A stretch of 64,000 nt of DNA from Thermodesulfobacteriota bacterium (GCA_030017685.1 JASEHH010000006.1:3082-67081); one strand, 5' to 3'; shown: positions 1-9,186, counted from the first letter of the stretch. Numbers and translations: made by a program. The notes: generated by a model from the sequence alone, not told the origin.

Positions 1-242
1 TCAAGCCCTTCCGCGCCTCTCGTTGCAGATATGTCGGTTAACCACTGCTGGACTTGTATGACCGCAAGTTTCATTTCCGTTGCATAGTTTGCAAAAACAA
101 CCGATTCTTCTTTAGCGTGTGTTGCTTTCTCAACATTTGAATTTGATGAAATGAAATTCCATACTCCAATGGCAACAATAAAAACCAGTAAAATCCCGAA
201 ACCAAATCCAATTTTGGTTCCAAGTTTCATGTTCTTAAACAT
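1..242 (-). CDS. Methyl-accepting chemotaxis protein, N-terminal part (runs off window start)
   Basis: Manual translation from ATG at 242: MFKNMKLGTKIGFGFGILLVFIVAIGVWNF...VIQVQQWLTDISATRG; TM1 followed by a periplasmic sensor; SD GAGGAG upstream; directly follows cheW, mirroring the 1938-4173 cassette. Confidence 0.75.
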   Translation of the reverse strand, partial: MFKNMKLGTKIGFGFGILLVFIVAIGVWNFISSNSNVEKATHAKEESVVFANYATEMKLAVIQVQQWLTDISATRGAEGL

Positions 243-282
243 TTTAATTCCTCCTCTCATAGATTTTTTGCTTGGATATACT

Positions 283-795
283 TTATGCCGCCTTATCTAA
301 GACGGCAATTTCTTCATCACCGAGCACCTTATCGATATCGAGGAGGATCTTGACCCCTCCGTTCATCTTCGCCATCCCCAGGATATAATCCGTATCCAGC
401 CTCGCCCCAAACGTCGGCGTCTCCTCGATATCTCCACCCTTGATGTTTAAAACCTCCGAGACCGAATCGACCACGATCCCTATCAACACCGATCCCCTCT
501 CACCCCGGATCTCCACCACGATGATGCACGTCCTCTCCGTATATCCCATCTCCTCCATCCCGAATTTGAGCCGCAGGTCCACCACCGGGATCACCTTGCC
601 CCGGAGGTTGATCACCCCCTTGACGAAGGAAGGGGTCCGGGGAACCGTTGTAATCGGCATCATCCCGATGATCTCTTTCACCTTTAAAATACCGATTCCA
701 TATTCCTCGCCTGCCAATGAAAAGGTTAGATACTTACCCTCCCGGTTTGCCATCGCCTTAACCGCCTGATCCATGGTCCTGGTCACTTCTGTCAT
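283..795 (-). CDS. cheW: Chemotaxis coupling protein CheW (copy 1)
   Basis: YLTFSLAGEEYGI...VKGVINLRGKVIPVVDLRLKFG...IVVDSVSEV motifs; 14 aa differences from the copy at 3661-4173. Confidence 0.96.
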   Translation of the reverse strand: MTEVTRTMDQAVKAMANREGKYLTFSLAGEEYGIGILKVKEIIGMMPITTVPRTPSFVKGVINLRGKVIPVVDLRLKFGMEEMGYTERTCIIVVEIRGERGSVLIGIVVDSVSEVLNIKGGDIEETPTFGARLDTDYILGMAKMNGGVKILLDIDKVLGDEEIAVLDKAA

Positions 796-861
796 CTTAT
801 TGCCTCCTTTCTAAAAGCATAGAGCAGAGAGCAAAGCGCATAGCGAGCTTCGTATTAAGGA

Positions 862-960
862 TTATTTTTTTACCCTATGCCCTATGCTCCTTGCTAACGT
901 TTCCCCTTGTTTTGCTTTTTTGATCACATCTACGACTTCTTCCATATCGAACCGCCAGTA
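862..960 (-). pseudogene. C-terminal remnant of an excisionase-like HTH gene
   Basis: Translates YWRFDMEEVVDVIKKAK, matching SWRFDMDEILKRIKEAKK of 4280-4522, in the same position upstream of cheW; the frame upstream hits a TAG inside the palindrome at 962-1003. Confidence 0.6.
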
Positions 961-961
961 A

Positions 962-1003
962 ACCCCGTTAGAAATTCCAGCGGGGCATTATTTCTAACGG
1001 GGT
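962..1003. repeat. Palindromic REP/MITE-like element
   Basis: Perfect 14-bp inverted repeat ACCCCGTTAGAAAT / ATTTCTAACGGGGT with 14-nt spacer. Confidence 0.7.
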
Positions 1004-1080
1004 AATTTGACATTGTTGACATTAAAAAATAACTCTCTCCTCTTTCAGGTTTCTACTAAGGGTAATTCTTCCGAACAAAT

Positions 1081-1860
1081 TCAAAACCTGAATGCAATAC
1101 CCACCAATAGTGTTAAGTCGGTCTCCGGCTTGTTGAGACCATACTTGACTCCGAAATCGATATCGAAATATTTCGTAAACGAGTAGATGACGCCTCCGAG
1201 AAGAAAAGCGGGATTTCGATGAGAATCCTTCTCAGGATTTCTTTCCATCCCAATATTTCCGACTATTTTCAGATCCTTCACCACTTCAACTTCCGTCGCC
1301 AGCGAGACATGCCAGAGATCTTTCCGCTTATTCACCTTGTTTTCATTTCTGAAATAACCAAAATTCGCATGAAACGCCAAAGGACCGATCTCCTTTGTCA
1401 CAATGGAATGGAAGCTATAAGTCACCCTGCCTGCCCCCAATCCCTTCCTCTCATTGCCTGCGGGCAATGTAATCCCTGGCTTCACAGCAAAGCTGAATCC
1501 CTCTATCTCGTAGAAACGCCACTTCACTTCAAAGGAGATATCTGAAAGCCCTCCTTCCCTATTTTTTTCCCATTCTTCTTCCACCTTTTCTTTAGTCCTA
1601 ATGGATTGATAGGGAATACCCAGTACAAGATCCAAATTATCAAACAGACCATAAGTGATGATGGAAGAAATCTCAAAGGCCTGCTCTTTAACCCCGTCTT
1701 CTTTTTCATGTCCATACTCACCGTTTAACTCCAATTGGAATTTCCCTTTCCCCTGAGTCCCTGCGTCATCAGTGATCAAGGGATGGGCGGCAAAAACCGA
1801 AGTTGAGGTTAAGATTAAGGTTAAGGTCAAGGCAAAGGTTAAGGTTTTCGAACAAATCAT
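1081..1860 (-). CDS. Putative outer-membrane beta-barrel (MetA-pathway/transporter-like)
   Basis: Signal peptide ending VFA, AHPLITDDAGTQGKG start of mature protein, alternating amphipathic strands, C-terminal Phe (GIAFRF). Confidence 0.65.
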   Translation of the reverse strand: MICSKTLTFALTLTLILTSTSVFAAHPLITDDAGTQGKGKFQLELNGEYGHEKEDGVKEQAFEISSIITYGLFDNLDLVLGIPYQSIRTKEKVEEEWEKNREGGLSDISFEVKWRFYEIEGFSFAVKPGITLPAGNERKGLGAGRVTYSFHSIVTKEIGPLAFHANFGYFRNENKVNKRKDLWHVSLATEVEVVKDLKIVGNIGMERNPEKDSHRNPAFLLGGVIYSFTKYFDIDFGVKYGLNKPETDLTLLVGIAFRF

Positions 1861-1878
1861 TCATACCTCCAAGGAAAT

Positions 1879-1912
1879 GTGTCCGTGTCCTTTGCATTAC
1901 GGACACGGACAC
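1879..1912. repeat. 12-bp perfect inverted repeat (hairpin) downstream of the MCP stop
   Basis: GTGTCCGTGTCC-N10-GGACACGGACAC. Confidence 0.55.
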
Positions 1913-1937
1913 GAATCACTGACACGTTATTCTCGAT

Positions 1938-3584
1938 TCAGAACTCCTTAAAATCTCCCTCTCCCATAGGGATGACCTGCTCCGGTCTCACTTCCTTGGT
2001 CCTTGGAATCAGTCCTTTCAACTCCTTACCCTTCTTTACCAGACTTGCCTGAACCTTCTTCACCTCAACCTTCGGATGATGACTCAGGGCCGGAATATGA
2101 CCCCCATTGCCGCTCTTATGAGTTGAGGCCCTCTCATATACCACCCCATTGCCATTCCGACTCCCCCCCACTACAGCCGCTAACTCTCCGACAAACGCCT
2201 TCATCTGCTCCGCCTGGGCATTCATCTCCTCGGCCGCCGAGGCCGACTCCTCCGCAGAGGCCGCATTCTTCTGAACCACCTTGTCCATCTCTGCCACCGC
2301 CTTGTTGATCTGATCGATCCCCTGCGCCTGCTCATTGGAAGCTGCTGAAATCTCTCCCACCAGCTCCCCTACCTTCTTCGCTCCGGTTGCCACCTTCCCA
2401 AAGGCCTCGTTGGTCTTCGAGACTATCTCCGAACCATTCTTGATTTTCTTGACCGTGCCTTCGATCAAATTCGCCGTGTTCTTGGCCGCATCTGCTGCAC
2501 GCATCGCTAAATTCCTCACCTCATCTGCCACTACCGCAAACCCGGCCCCTGCTTCTCCGGCTCTCGCTGCTTCCACCGCCGCATTCAATGCTAACAAATT
2601 CGTCTGAAAAGCGATCTCGTCGATCGTCTTGATGATCTTGGCCGTCTCTTCGCTGGCCGTAGAAATCTCTTTCATAGATCCGGTCAGTTCACTCATGGAG
2701 CGGTTGGCTTCTTCCACAACCCTGCTCGTATCGGCCATCAGGGTATTGGCCTGGTTGGCGTTGTCCGCATTCTGCTTCGTCATAGACGACATCTCCTCGA
2801 TCGATGAGGAGGTCTCCTCAATCCCTGCGGCCTGCTCCGAGGCCCCTTCCGCCAGGGACTGGCTGGCCGAGGATACCTGTGTTGAAGCCGATGCCACCTG
2901 CTCAGAGCCATCCGTGAGACCGGCTACAACTTTATTGATGGGCTTGGTGATAGAACGGGATAAGAAAAACCCCAGGAGCAGAGCAACAATGGTGCCAATG
3001 ATCATACCAGCCAATGACATATATTCAGCTTTATAGGCATCGGCATGGGCTCTCTTCTCGAATTCTTCCGCGTCTTTCACAGTATGCTCCGTTAGTTCAT
3101 GGAGGAGTTTCTCTGACTTAAGGAATGCCTCTTCGGCCTTGCCAAAGCTCAGGGAAAAAGCGCCCTTATGGTCTCCCTTCTTGACAAGTTCGAGGACCTC
3201 TTTGTGTTTCGTCTTCCATTCCTCCCATTTTGTTCCAAACTCCTTCCAGAGGGTTTCTTCCTCTTTTGTTTTATGCAGCGGCTCAAATAATTTCCGCCCC
3301 GTCTCCGCAAGCTTCCATCCCTCCTCTATCTGGGCAAACTGCTTCTGGACAATCCCCGGATTTTTCTCATAGAGTAATATGTGCTCAGAACTCGAAATCA
3401 GCATCTCGGCTTCATTCAATTTCGCGAGTGCCAAGACAGCTTTCAGGTGATTCTCGGTCACTTCTTTTAAGGCATCGTCGGTCTGTGCAATGCCCCTGTA
3501 TCCTATAAAACCCACGATTAACGTAATGAGGGCCACGATGATAAAGCCCCCGATTAACTTTACACTTAACCTCAAGTTCTTCAT
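1938..3584 (-). CDS. Methyl-accepting chemotaxis protein with four-helix-bundle sensor
   Basis: Two TM segments; signalling hairpin [37 protein letters not shown]. Confidence 0.96.
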   Translation of the reverse strand: MKNLRLSVKLIGGFIIVALITLIVGFIGYRGIAQTDDALKEVTENHLKAVLALAKLNEAEMLISSSEHILLYEKNPGIVQKQFAQIEEGWKLAETGRKLFEPLHKTKEEETLWKEFGTKWEEWKTKHKEVLELVKKGDHKGAFSLSFGKAEEAFLKSEKLLHELTEHTVKDAEEFEKRAHADAYKAEYMSLAGMIIGTIVALLLGFFLSRSITKPINKVVAGLTDGSEQVASASTQVSSASQSLAEGASEQAAGIEETSSSIEEMSSMTKQNADNANQANTLMADTSRVVEEANRSMSELTGSMKEISTASEETAKIIKTIDEIAFQTNLLALNAAVEAARAGEAGAGFAVVADEVRNLAMRAADAAKNTANLIEGTVKKIKNGSEIVSKTNEAFGKVATGAKKVGELVGEISAASNEQAQGIDQINKAVAEMDKVVQKNAASAEESASAAEEMNAQAEQMKAFVGELAAVVGGSRNGNGVVYERASTHKSGNGGHIPALSHHPKVEVKKVQASLVKKGKELKGLIPRTKEVRPEQVIPMGEGDFKEF

Positions 3585-3660
3585 GTTATTTCCTCCTTTA
3601 TTCTTGATTTATCTCTCAAAAACTGTTTGTGAAAAAATGATTGCTCATTACCCAAATCTT

Positions 3661-4173
3661 CTATGCTGCCTTATCCAGAACGGCAACTTCTTCCGCACTG
3701 AGCACCTTGTCAATATCGAGCAGAATCTTCACTCCGCCATTCATCTTCGCCATCCCCAGGATGTAATCCGTATCCAACCTGGCGCCAAATGTGGGCGTCT
3801 CCTCGATATCCGCACTCTTGATGTTCAATACCTCTGAGACCGAATCGACTACGATCCCAATGAGAACCGAACCCCCTTGGCCTCTCGTCTCCACCACAAT
3901 AATGCAGGTCCTCTCCGTATATCCTATCTCCTCCATCCCGAATTTGAGCCTCAGGTCCACCACCGGGATCACCTTGCCCCGGAGGTTGATTACACCCTTG
4001 ACATACGAGGGAGTCCGGGGAACCGTTGTAATCGGCATCATCCCGATAATCTCCTTCACCTTCAATATTCCGACCCCATATTCCTCGCCGGCAAGGGAGA
4101 AAGTGAGATATTTCCCTTCCCTGTCTCCCATCGCCTTCACCGCCTGATCCATGGTCCTGGTCATTTCCGTCAT
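3661..4173 (-). CDS. cheW: Chemotaxis coupling protein CheW (copy 2)
   Basis: Same CheW motifs as 283-795. Confidence 0.96.
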   Translation of the reverse strand: MTEMTRTMDQAVKAMGDREGKYLTFSLAGEEYGVGILKVKEIIGMMPITTVPRTPSYVKGVINLRGKVIPVVDLRLKFGMEEIGYTERTCIIVVETRGQGGSVLIGIVVDSVSEVLNIKSADIEETPTFGARLDTDYILGMAKMNGGVKILLDIDKVLSAEEVAVLDKAA

Positions 4174-4279
4174 CTCTTTACCTCCTCTCTTTTTTGCTAA
4201 AAACGTGTCACGTGTCCGCTAACCCATGCAAACAAGAAAAATTCGTGCATAGCCTTCCTTCCTGCGGGGCAGGCAGGTA

Positions 4280-4522
4280 CTACCGACGACATCTCTCGTC
4301 GCCCTCAGTAAATGAGGGCGCTACAGCCTTGCCTCTTATTTTGTTCCGATGATTCACTTTTTTGGCCTCTTTGATCCGTTTCAGGATCTCATCCATGTCG
4401 AATCGCCACGAGTCTCCGATCTTAAACCCGGGAAGTTCTCCCCCAGAGGCTAATTTGTAAATCGTCGATTCGGACAGTTTCAGATATTTCCCCAGTTCCC
4501 TGGCTGTCACGATATTCGGCAT
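4280..4522 (-). CDS. Excisionase-like (HTH_17) small DNA-binding protein
   Basis: IVTARELGKYLKLSESTIYKLASGGELPGFKIGDSWRF signature. Confidence 0.85.
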   Translation of the reverse strand: MPNIVTARELGKYLKLSESTIYKLASGGELPGFKIGDSWRFDMDEILKRIKEAKKVNHRNKIRGKAVAPSFTEGDERCRR

Positions 4523-4814
4523 ATTGTCCCCTCATTCTTATTTAACTGTAATTCAGACACTGGACTTCAGACTTTAGACATCAGACTTTTCTAATATAGG
4601 AAATTAACTCTATTCCACTCTTTTGAAATTCTTTCGTATATGCAAGAGTGTCATTCCTTCTGGTAGCTGTCAGCCGTTCGGCTAACCTCACGCCGAAGCC
4701 CTTATCCATGTGCATTCTCCAGCCATTTTTCTTTCTTCAGTCTAATGTCTGCCCGCAGCGCCAGCGCTTGCGCGGCGTGAGGTCTATAGTCTTACTGTCT
4801 GAATCACAGCTTAT

Positions 4815-5030
4815 TTAAGGCTGGGAGTAGGCAACCGACCTCTCCGTCCCTCTCTTCCGTTCTTCAAAAAGAAACCTGATCATCACATCGGGGCTTTCGC
4901 AGAACTTGACATCCCCGTCACAGATCGACCAGATGACACCGAGATCGCAATACCCGATGCCACGGCCAAAGTGAGGGCTGTCAGTGTCCCTGTAAAACCG
5001 ACAACCTTTCTTCATCAACATACCCATCAC
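4815..5030 (-). CDS. Small hypothetical protein with four Cys
   Basis: 71-aa ORF with SD GGAGG upstream; C-x16-C-x8-C-x6-C-like spacing (CRFY...YCDLG...ICDGD...FCESP). Confidence 0.55.
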   Translation of the reverse strand: MMGMLMKKGCRFYRDTDSPHFGRGIGYCDLGVIWSICDGDVKFCESPDVMIRFLFEERKRGTERSVAYSQP

Positions 5031-5054
5031 CTCCTTCCTCCCCGTCTCCTTTTT

Positions 5055-5088
5055 GAGAGAGCTCTGAAAAACTAATTTTCGCTCTCTC
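5055..5088. repeat. Hairpin repeat, copy 1
   Basis: GAGAGCTCTGAAAAACTAATTTTCGCTCTC; near-identical inverted copy at 33948-33979. Confidence 0.6.
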
Positions 5089-5190
5089 GATTACGCACCT
5101 GCCTACCGCAGGCAGGGATTCCAAAAATGATTACACAGAAATTTTTTTAATTTTAGTATGTTTCGGTCTTTGTAATCGCTTTATAATTCA
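5089..5190. repeat. GATTACACAGATT-type inverted repeat element carrying a 19-bp palindrome insert
   Basis: GATTACGCA[CCTGCCTACCGCAGGCAGG]GATT ... GATTACACAGA ... TTGTAATCG; related units at 13157-13190 and 63089-63160. Confidence 0.5.
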
Positions 5191-5220
5191 GGACTTTTAA
5201 AGAAAACGCATTTAATTCCC

Positions 5221-5352
5221 CCCTCACCCCCTCCTTCTCCCCCCTGCCTACCGGCCCCGGTCCCGACCGAGGGCGGGGCAGGCAGGCAAGGGGAGAGGGG
5301 GAATGGTGGGTGCCCTCTCCCGCCTGGTAGAGGGAAAGGGTAAGTGAGAGGG
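5221..5352. repeat. CCCTCACCCC...GGGAGAGGG REP-like hairpins with a 44-bp insert at 5243-5286
   Basis: GC-rich hairpins; the 44-mer CCTGCCTACCGGCCCCGGTCCCGACCGAGGGCGGGGCAGGCAGG recurs at 16246-16289 (inverted) and 35240-35303. Confidence 0.7.
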
Positions 5353-5380
5353 TTGATATTTAAGAAGCATTTCAATGAAC

Positions 5381-5408
5381 TTTTCGACATATAGGCGCAA
5401 AAACTTTA
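5381..5408 (-). promoter_or_regulatory. Possible sigma28 promoter for the 5030-HTH-cheW-MCP run
   Basis: TAAAGTTT...GTCGAAAA with TAAA-N16 spacing; weaker than consensus TAAA-N15-GCCGATAA. Confidence 0.35.
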
Positions 5409-5509
5409 ATAAAGTTTAAGTTGGAAATGCGGGTTAAAAAGGAAGGAATAAGAAAGAAGAAGAAAATAGACGGGATAACCTCATGTTTCGCCAAGATAAA
5501 TATTCTTGT

Positions 5510-5538
5510 TTGACATAACAGGGTTTTGCGGGTATCAT
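5510..5538 (+). promoter_or_regulatory. Sigma70-type promoter of the toxin-antitoxin pair
   Basis: TTGACA-N17-TATCAT. Confidence 0.65.
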
Positions 5539-5548
5539 GAATTTAAAT

Positions 5549-6139
5549 ATGAAAAAAATGAAACTTTATCTCGATCTTTGCGTTTTTAATAGACCTTTTG
5601 ACTACCAGGGCCAAGAGAGGATTGCTCTTGAGACAGGAGCATTTATCTATTTGCTTGAACAGATAGAAAAAGAGAACTATATTCTTATATGCTCGGAGGC
5701 GCTTGTATATGAAAATAACCAGAATCCGGACAGCCTAAGAAGAGAGAGGGTATCGACCTATTTTGAGTTAGCAAAAGATTTCATTAAATTAGAAGAATCC
5801 GATTTCAATAGGGCAAGATTCCTGAATGAAATAGGGTTTCCAGATATGATGGTCTCGTAAAAAGTCTGAAAAGGCTATTTTCTGTCATTCCTGCGCAAGC
5901 AGGAATCCAGTATTTTCAGGTAGTTAGAATTTTCTGGATTCCCGTTTTCACGGGAATGACGACTTTTTACGAGACCATCAGATATGGATGCCCTGCATAT
6001 CGCAATGGCAGAAAAGGGGGGCATAGATTTTTTTGTTACCTCTGATGATCGAATAGTGCATCATTATAAGGAAAATATTCAGGCCATCAAGGTTAGCATC
6101 ATCAATTTGTTGGAATTTGTATTAAAGGAGGTGAAATAA
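5549..6139 (+). pseudogene. PIN-domain (VapC-like) toxin interrupted by a MITE
   Basis: N-part MKLYLDLCVFNRPFD...; removing the 138 bp (element plus one TSD) restores ...GFPDMDALHIAMAEKGGIDFFVTSDD...KEVK* ending at 6139. Confidence 0.85.
5848..5979. mobile_element. 132-bp MITE, copy 1
   Basis: 19-bp TIR GATGGTCTCGTAAAAAGTC / GACTTTTTACGAGACCATC; 6-bp TSD AGATAT at 5842-5847 and 5980-5985. Confidence 0.9.
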
Positions 6140-6331
6140 ATGGGTCTTGCTTTTCCAGAAATCAGACAGAAGGGCTGGAATGCCCTTATTAAAGAGCTCG
6201 GTTACGGAGGGGCTACGAAATTTATTCTTCTCTATGAGCAAGGAGAAGGAAATTACGTCGAGAACAGGAAAGAAATTTTAAAAGGTATATCCCTCGAAAA
6301 AATTAAAAAAGAGGTATTGCTTAAAAAATAA
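6140..6331 (+). CDS. Small putative antitoxin downstream of the PIN toxin
   Basis: 63 aa; ATG abuts the restored toxin stop (TAAATG); SD AAGGAGG. Confidence 0.65.
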   Translation: MGLAFPEIRQKGWNALIKELGYGGATKFILLYEQGEGNYVENRKEILKGISLEKIKKEVLLKK

Positions 6332-6338
6332 CTTCTTA

Positions 6339-6428
6339 AAATCCCTCCCAGCCTCCCTTTGGTCTACGACCCATAGCGCCTGCCTGCCGGTAGGCGGGGT
6401 CTCTGACCCGGAGGGCAAAGGGAGGGGT
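6339..6428. repeat. AAATCCCTCCC...GGGAGGGG element with 20-bp palindrome insert at 6379-6398
   Basis: Related host element at 35222-35330; insert CCTGCCTGCCGGTAGGCGGG. Confidence 0.55.
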
Positions 6429-6433
6429 AATTA

Positions 6434-8389
6434 TCACTTCTTATCCAGAATCTCCCTCAGCTTCTGCGAAAGTTCCTTGATCGAGAAGGGTTTCTGGATG
6501 AAGCCCTTGCAGCCGCGTCTCATGATCTCCTCGGTTTGCCCGTTCATGCTGTATCCGCTCGAAAGAAGCACCTTCATTTCTGAATGGATCTCTCTCAGGG
6601 CATCGAAGGTCTCCCCTCCTCCTTTCTGAGGCATGATGAGATCGAGAATGACCAGGTCGATTTGATCCCGGTTCGTCTTATAAAGTTCGACAGCTTTCTC
6701 ACCTCTATCGGCGATCAGGACTTTGTAGCCTAACGTCTTTAATATCTTTTCTCCCACATCGAGGACATGTTCCTCATCATCCACAAGGAGGACCGTTTCT
6801 CTCCCCATCAGGACCTCTTCATCCTTCTTGATCTGTTCCTCGACCTTCCCTTCCGAAGCCGGAAGGTAGGTGAGGAAGGTGGCTCCCTTCCCCGCCTCAG
6901 ACCGGACATTGATGTATCCGTTATGCCCCTTGATAATCCCGTAGACCGAGGCCAGTCCCAGCCCTGTGCCTCTGCCCAGTTCTTTCGTGGTGAAGAAGGG
7001 GTCGAAGATGCGCTCCATCGTCTTCCGATCCATCCCGATTCCTGTATCAGTGACCGAGAGCAGAACATAGTTTCCCGGAACCGCCTCATAGAGATCTCCC
7101 TGGATCTCCAGGTGGGTCACATTAGCCGTTTTCAGAAATAGGTTTCCTCCCACGGGCATGGCATCGGCCGCATTGACCAGCAGATTCATTAGCACCTGCT
7201 CCATCTGACCCGGATCGGCTTCCAGAGGATGAAGGTCCCTGTAAAGGTCCATATGGATCACGATATTCTTTCTGGTCCGACCAAATGCCTCTGCAGTCTC
7301 TTCCACCAACTGATTCAAAAGAATGGGTTTGACTTCATAGCGGCCCTTTCTCGCATAGCCCAAAAGCTGCGCCGTCAGTCTTGACCCGTTCTGCACCTTC
7401 TTCTCGATGCTTCGGAGCATCTCATAATGGGGATGGGAGGGGTTCATATCGAGAAGCATGAGCGAAACATTTCCCTGAACCACCATGAGAAGATTATTGA
7501 AGTCGTGGGCAATGCCTCCTGCCAGGGTGCCGATCGCCTCCATCTTCTGGGCTTGAAGAAGCTGGGTCTCCATCTTCTTTCGCTCACTCACATCGTTGAG
7601 AAGAATGATGGTCGTCCGGTGCTCCTTGTCCAGGATAGGTAAAAGGCTGAGGGAAACCTGTTTGCCGTCCAGTTGCAACGGGGGATCACCGTTGACCGTC
7701 TTTCGGTGAGTGTTGAAGGTGGAGAGAAGCCCTTTCATTCTTTCTTGGTCTTTATCGTGAAACAGGTTGAGGAGGTTGGAGGCCAACAACTTCTCTTCAG
7801 GGATTCCAATCAGGGAAACGGCTGACGGATTGCTGTAGACAATTCTTCCCTGAGGGGTAATCTCCAGGATTCCTTCCGCCATACTTCCCAGAATAACTTC
7901 AAAATGCTTTCTGTCACTAAGTAACTCCTTTGTAATCTGCCGTGGAAAGGAATCCTCAAGGCCGATGACATGTCCTGTCCCCGCGACGGGAGCCCTTCGA
8001 TCCACTTCGTCCAGAGCCTTTTGAATATGTTTAGTCATCTTATCGAATGAACATTTTGCAATACAAAGGTCCGCTCCAAATTGAAGGATGTTCGTCTCTT
8101 CCTCCGATGCCGTGGCGGAAAAGACCACCAGGAATACATTCTTCAGGTCAGGGTCTTTCCGGATCATCTCACAGAGTTTCTCTCCGTCGATATTCGGCAT
8201 GATGAGGTCGGTGAAGATGATATCCGGCCTGTAGGTTTTCAAAATATCCAGGGCCGACAGACCGTCCTCCCCGGTTAAGACTTGATACCCTTCCTTTTCG
8301 AGGAGGTTCGTTATCCACTTCAACATGACCGGATCATTATCGACAACAAGGCTTTTTTTCTCCATCTCTCCCGTCCTTTCTCTTATCAT
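6434..8389 (-). CDS. Hybrid sensor kinase REC-PAS-HisKA-HATPase-REC (CckA-like)
   Basis: N-terminal receiver, PAS, H-box GGIAHDFNN, DPFFTTKELGRGTGLGLA, C-terminal receiver LVILDLIMP. Confidence 0.93.
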   Translation of the reverse strand: MIRERTGEMEKKSLVVDNDPVMLKWITNLLEKEGYQVLTGEDGLSALDILKTYRPDIIFTDLIMPNIDGEKLCEMIRKDPDLKNVFLVVFSATASEEETNILQFGADLCIAKCSFDKMTKHIQKALDEVDRRAPVAGTGHVIGLEDSFPRQITKELLSDRKHFEVILGSMAEGILEITPQGRIVYSNPSAVSLIGIPEEKLLASNLLNLFHDKDQERMKGLLSTFNTHRKTVNGDPPLQLDGKQVSLSLLPILDKEHRTTIILLNDVSERKKMETQLLQAQKMEAIGTLAGGIAHDFNNLLMVVQGNVSLMLLDMNPSHPHYEMLRSIEKKVQNGSRLTAQLLGYARKGRYEVKPILLNQLVEETAEAFGRTRKNIVIHMDLYRDLHPLEADPGQMEQVLMNLLVNAADAMPVGGNLFLKTANVTHLEIQGDLYEAVPGNYVLLSVTDTGIGMDRKTMERIFDPFFTTKELGRGTGLGLASVYGIIKGHNGYINVRSEAGKGATFLTYLPASEGKVEEQIKKDEEVLMGRETVLLVDDEEHVLDVGEKILKTLGYKVLIADRGEKAVELYKTNRDQIDLVILDLIMPQKGGGETFDALREIHSEMKVLLSSGYSMNGQTEEIMRRGCKGFIQKPFSIKELSQKLREILDKK

Positions 8390-8443
8390 CCTTTACTCGC
8401 CGCACCTTTTAAACGTCGGCTCATCTATCCGGTTGATCCCTCT

Positions 8444-9073
8444 TCATAAATCCGACAGGGGGGTCTCCTTTTTCAATCTCTCCAATTCCGGCTCTACAAT
8501 CCTTTGAAAGCATTCCGGGCAAATCCCATGAGTAAATTGAACTTCCGTATGCTCGGAAATATAGGATTCAACCTTTTGCCAGTAGTTCTGGTCATTGCGT
8601 ATATTTTTACAATAGCTGCAGATCGGCAGAAGCCCCTGAAGCTGCTTGACCCGGCGAAGGGATGCCTCAAGCTCTGTCACCCGGTCTGATAGGAGTCTTT
8701 GCAGTCTCACAACTCGCACCCCCACCTTGATGCGGGCCTGAAATTCTTCGTCATCAAAGGGCTTGGTGATGTAGTCATCCGCTCCAGCCTGCAATCCTTT
8801 TGTGATATCTTCACTCCGGTCCTTTGCTGTGAGGAGGATAATGTAGGCCGGTCTAATCTGGCTTGATTCGCGTGCCTTCCCGCAGACCTCCGCACCGTCC
8901 ATATCAGGCATCATCCAATCAAGGATGGCCAGCGGAGGCGCATCCTCCCTTTTAAGGACCTCCCAAGCCTCAATGCCATTGTGGGTGACCACAGTCTCAT
9001 ACCCCCATTTGACCAGTTTGGTCTCTATCAGACGGCAGAAAACCGGGTCGTCTTCAGCAATGAGCACTTTCAT
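8444..9073 (-). CDS. Response regulator with C-terminal Cys-rich domain
   Basis: MKVLIAEDD...LAILDWMMP...GADDYITKPF; tail ICSYCK...HGICPEC; start set at MKVLIAED. Confidence 0.9.
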   Translation of the reverse strand: MKVLIAEDDPVFCRLIETKLVKWGYETVVTHNGIEAWEVLKREDAPPLAILDWMMPDMDGAEVCGKARESSQIRPAYIILLTAKDRSEDITKGLQAGADDYITKPFDDEEFQARIKVGVRVVRLQRLLSDRVTELEASLRRVKQLQGLLPICSYCKNIRNDQNYWQKVESYISEHTEVQFTHGICPECFQRIVEPELERLKKETPLSDL

Positions 9074-9186
9074 CTTTACTCCCCCAGAAAGATCGATTTC
9101 CATCTCTCCCCTTGTAGGATATGCCTGTCTCTTCTTTGGCAGAAACTAAAAATACAGGCCAGGGCAAAGGTTTTAGCGTTGCCAGC

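Noticed and set aside
4660-4730. Structured leader considered as a c-di-GMP riboswitch upstream of the HTH-cheW-MCP run
   Set aside because: It lacks the GEMM GGCAAAC/GAAA/GACGCAAAG pattern; only a short AGCCGTTCGGCT palindrome is present. An Infernal/Rfam scan would be decisive.
5181-5390. 69-aa ORF (LPAPPSVGTGAGRQG)
   Set aside because: Translation of stacked palindromic repeats; the same applies to 15940-16185, 34903-35118, 35155-35352 and 35198-35434.
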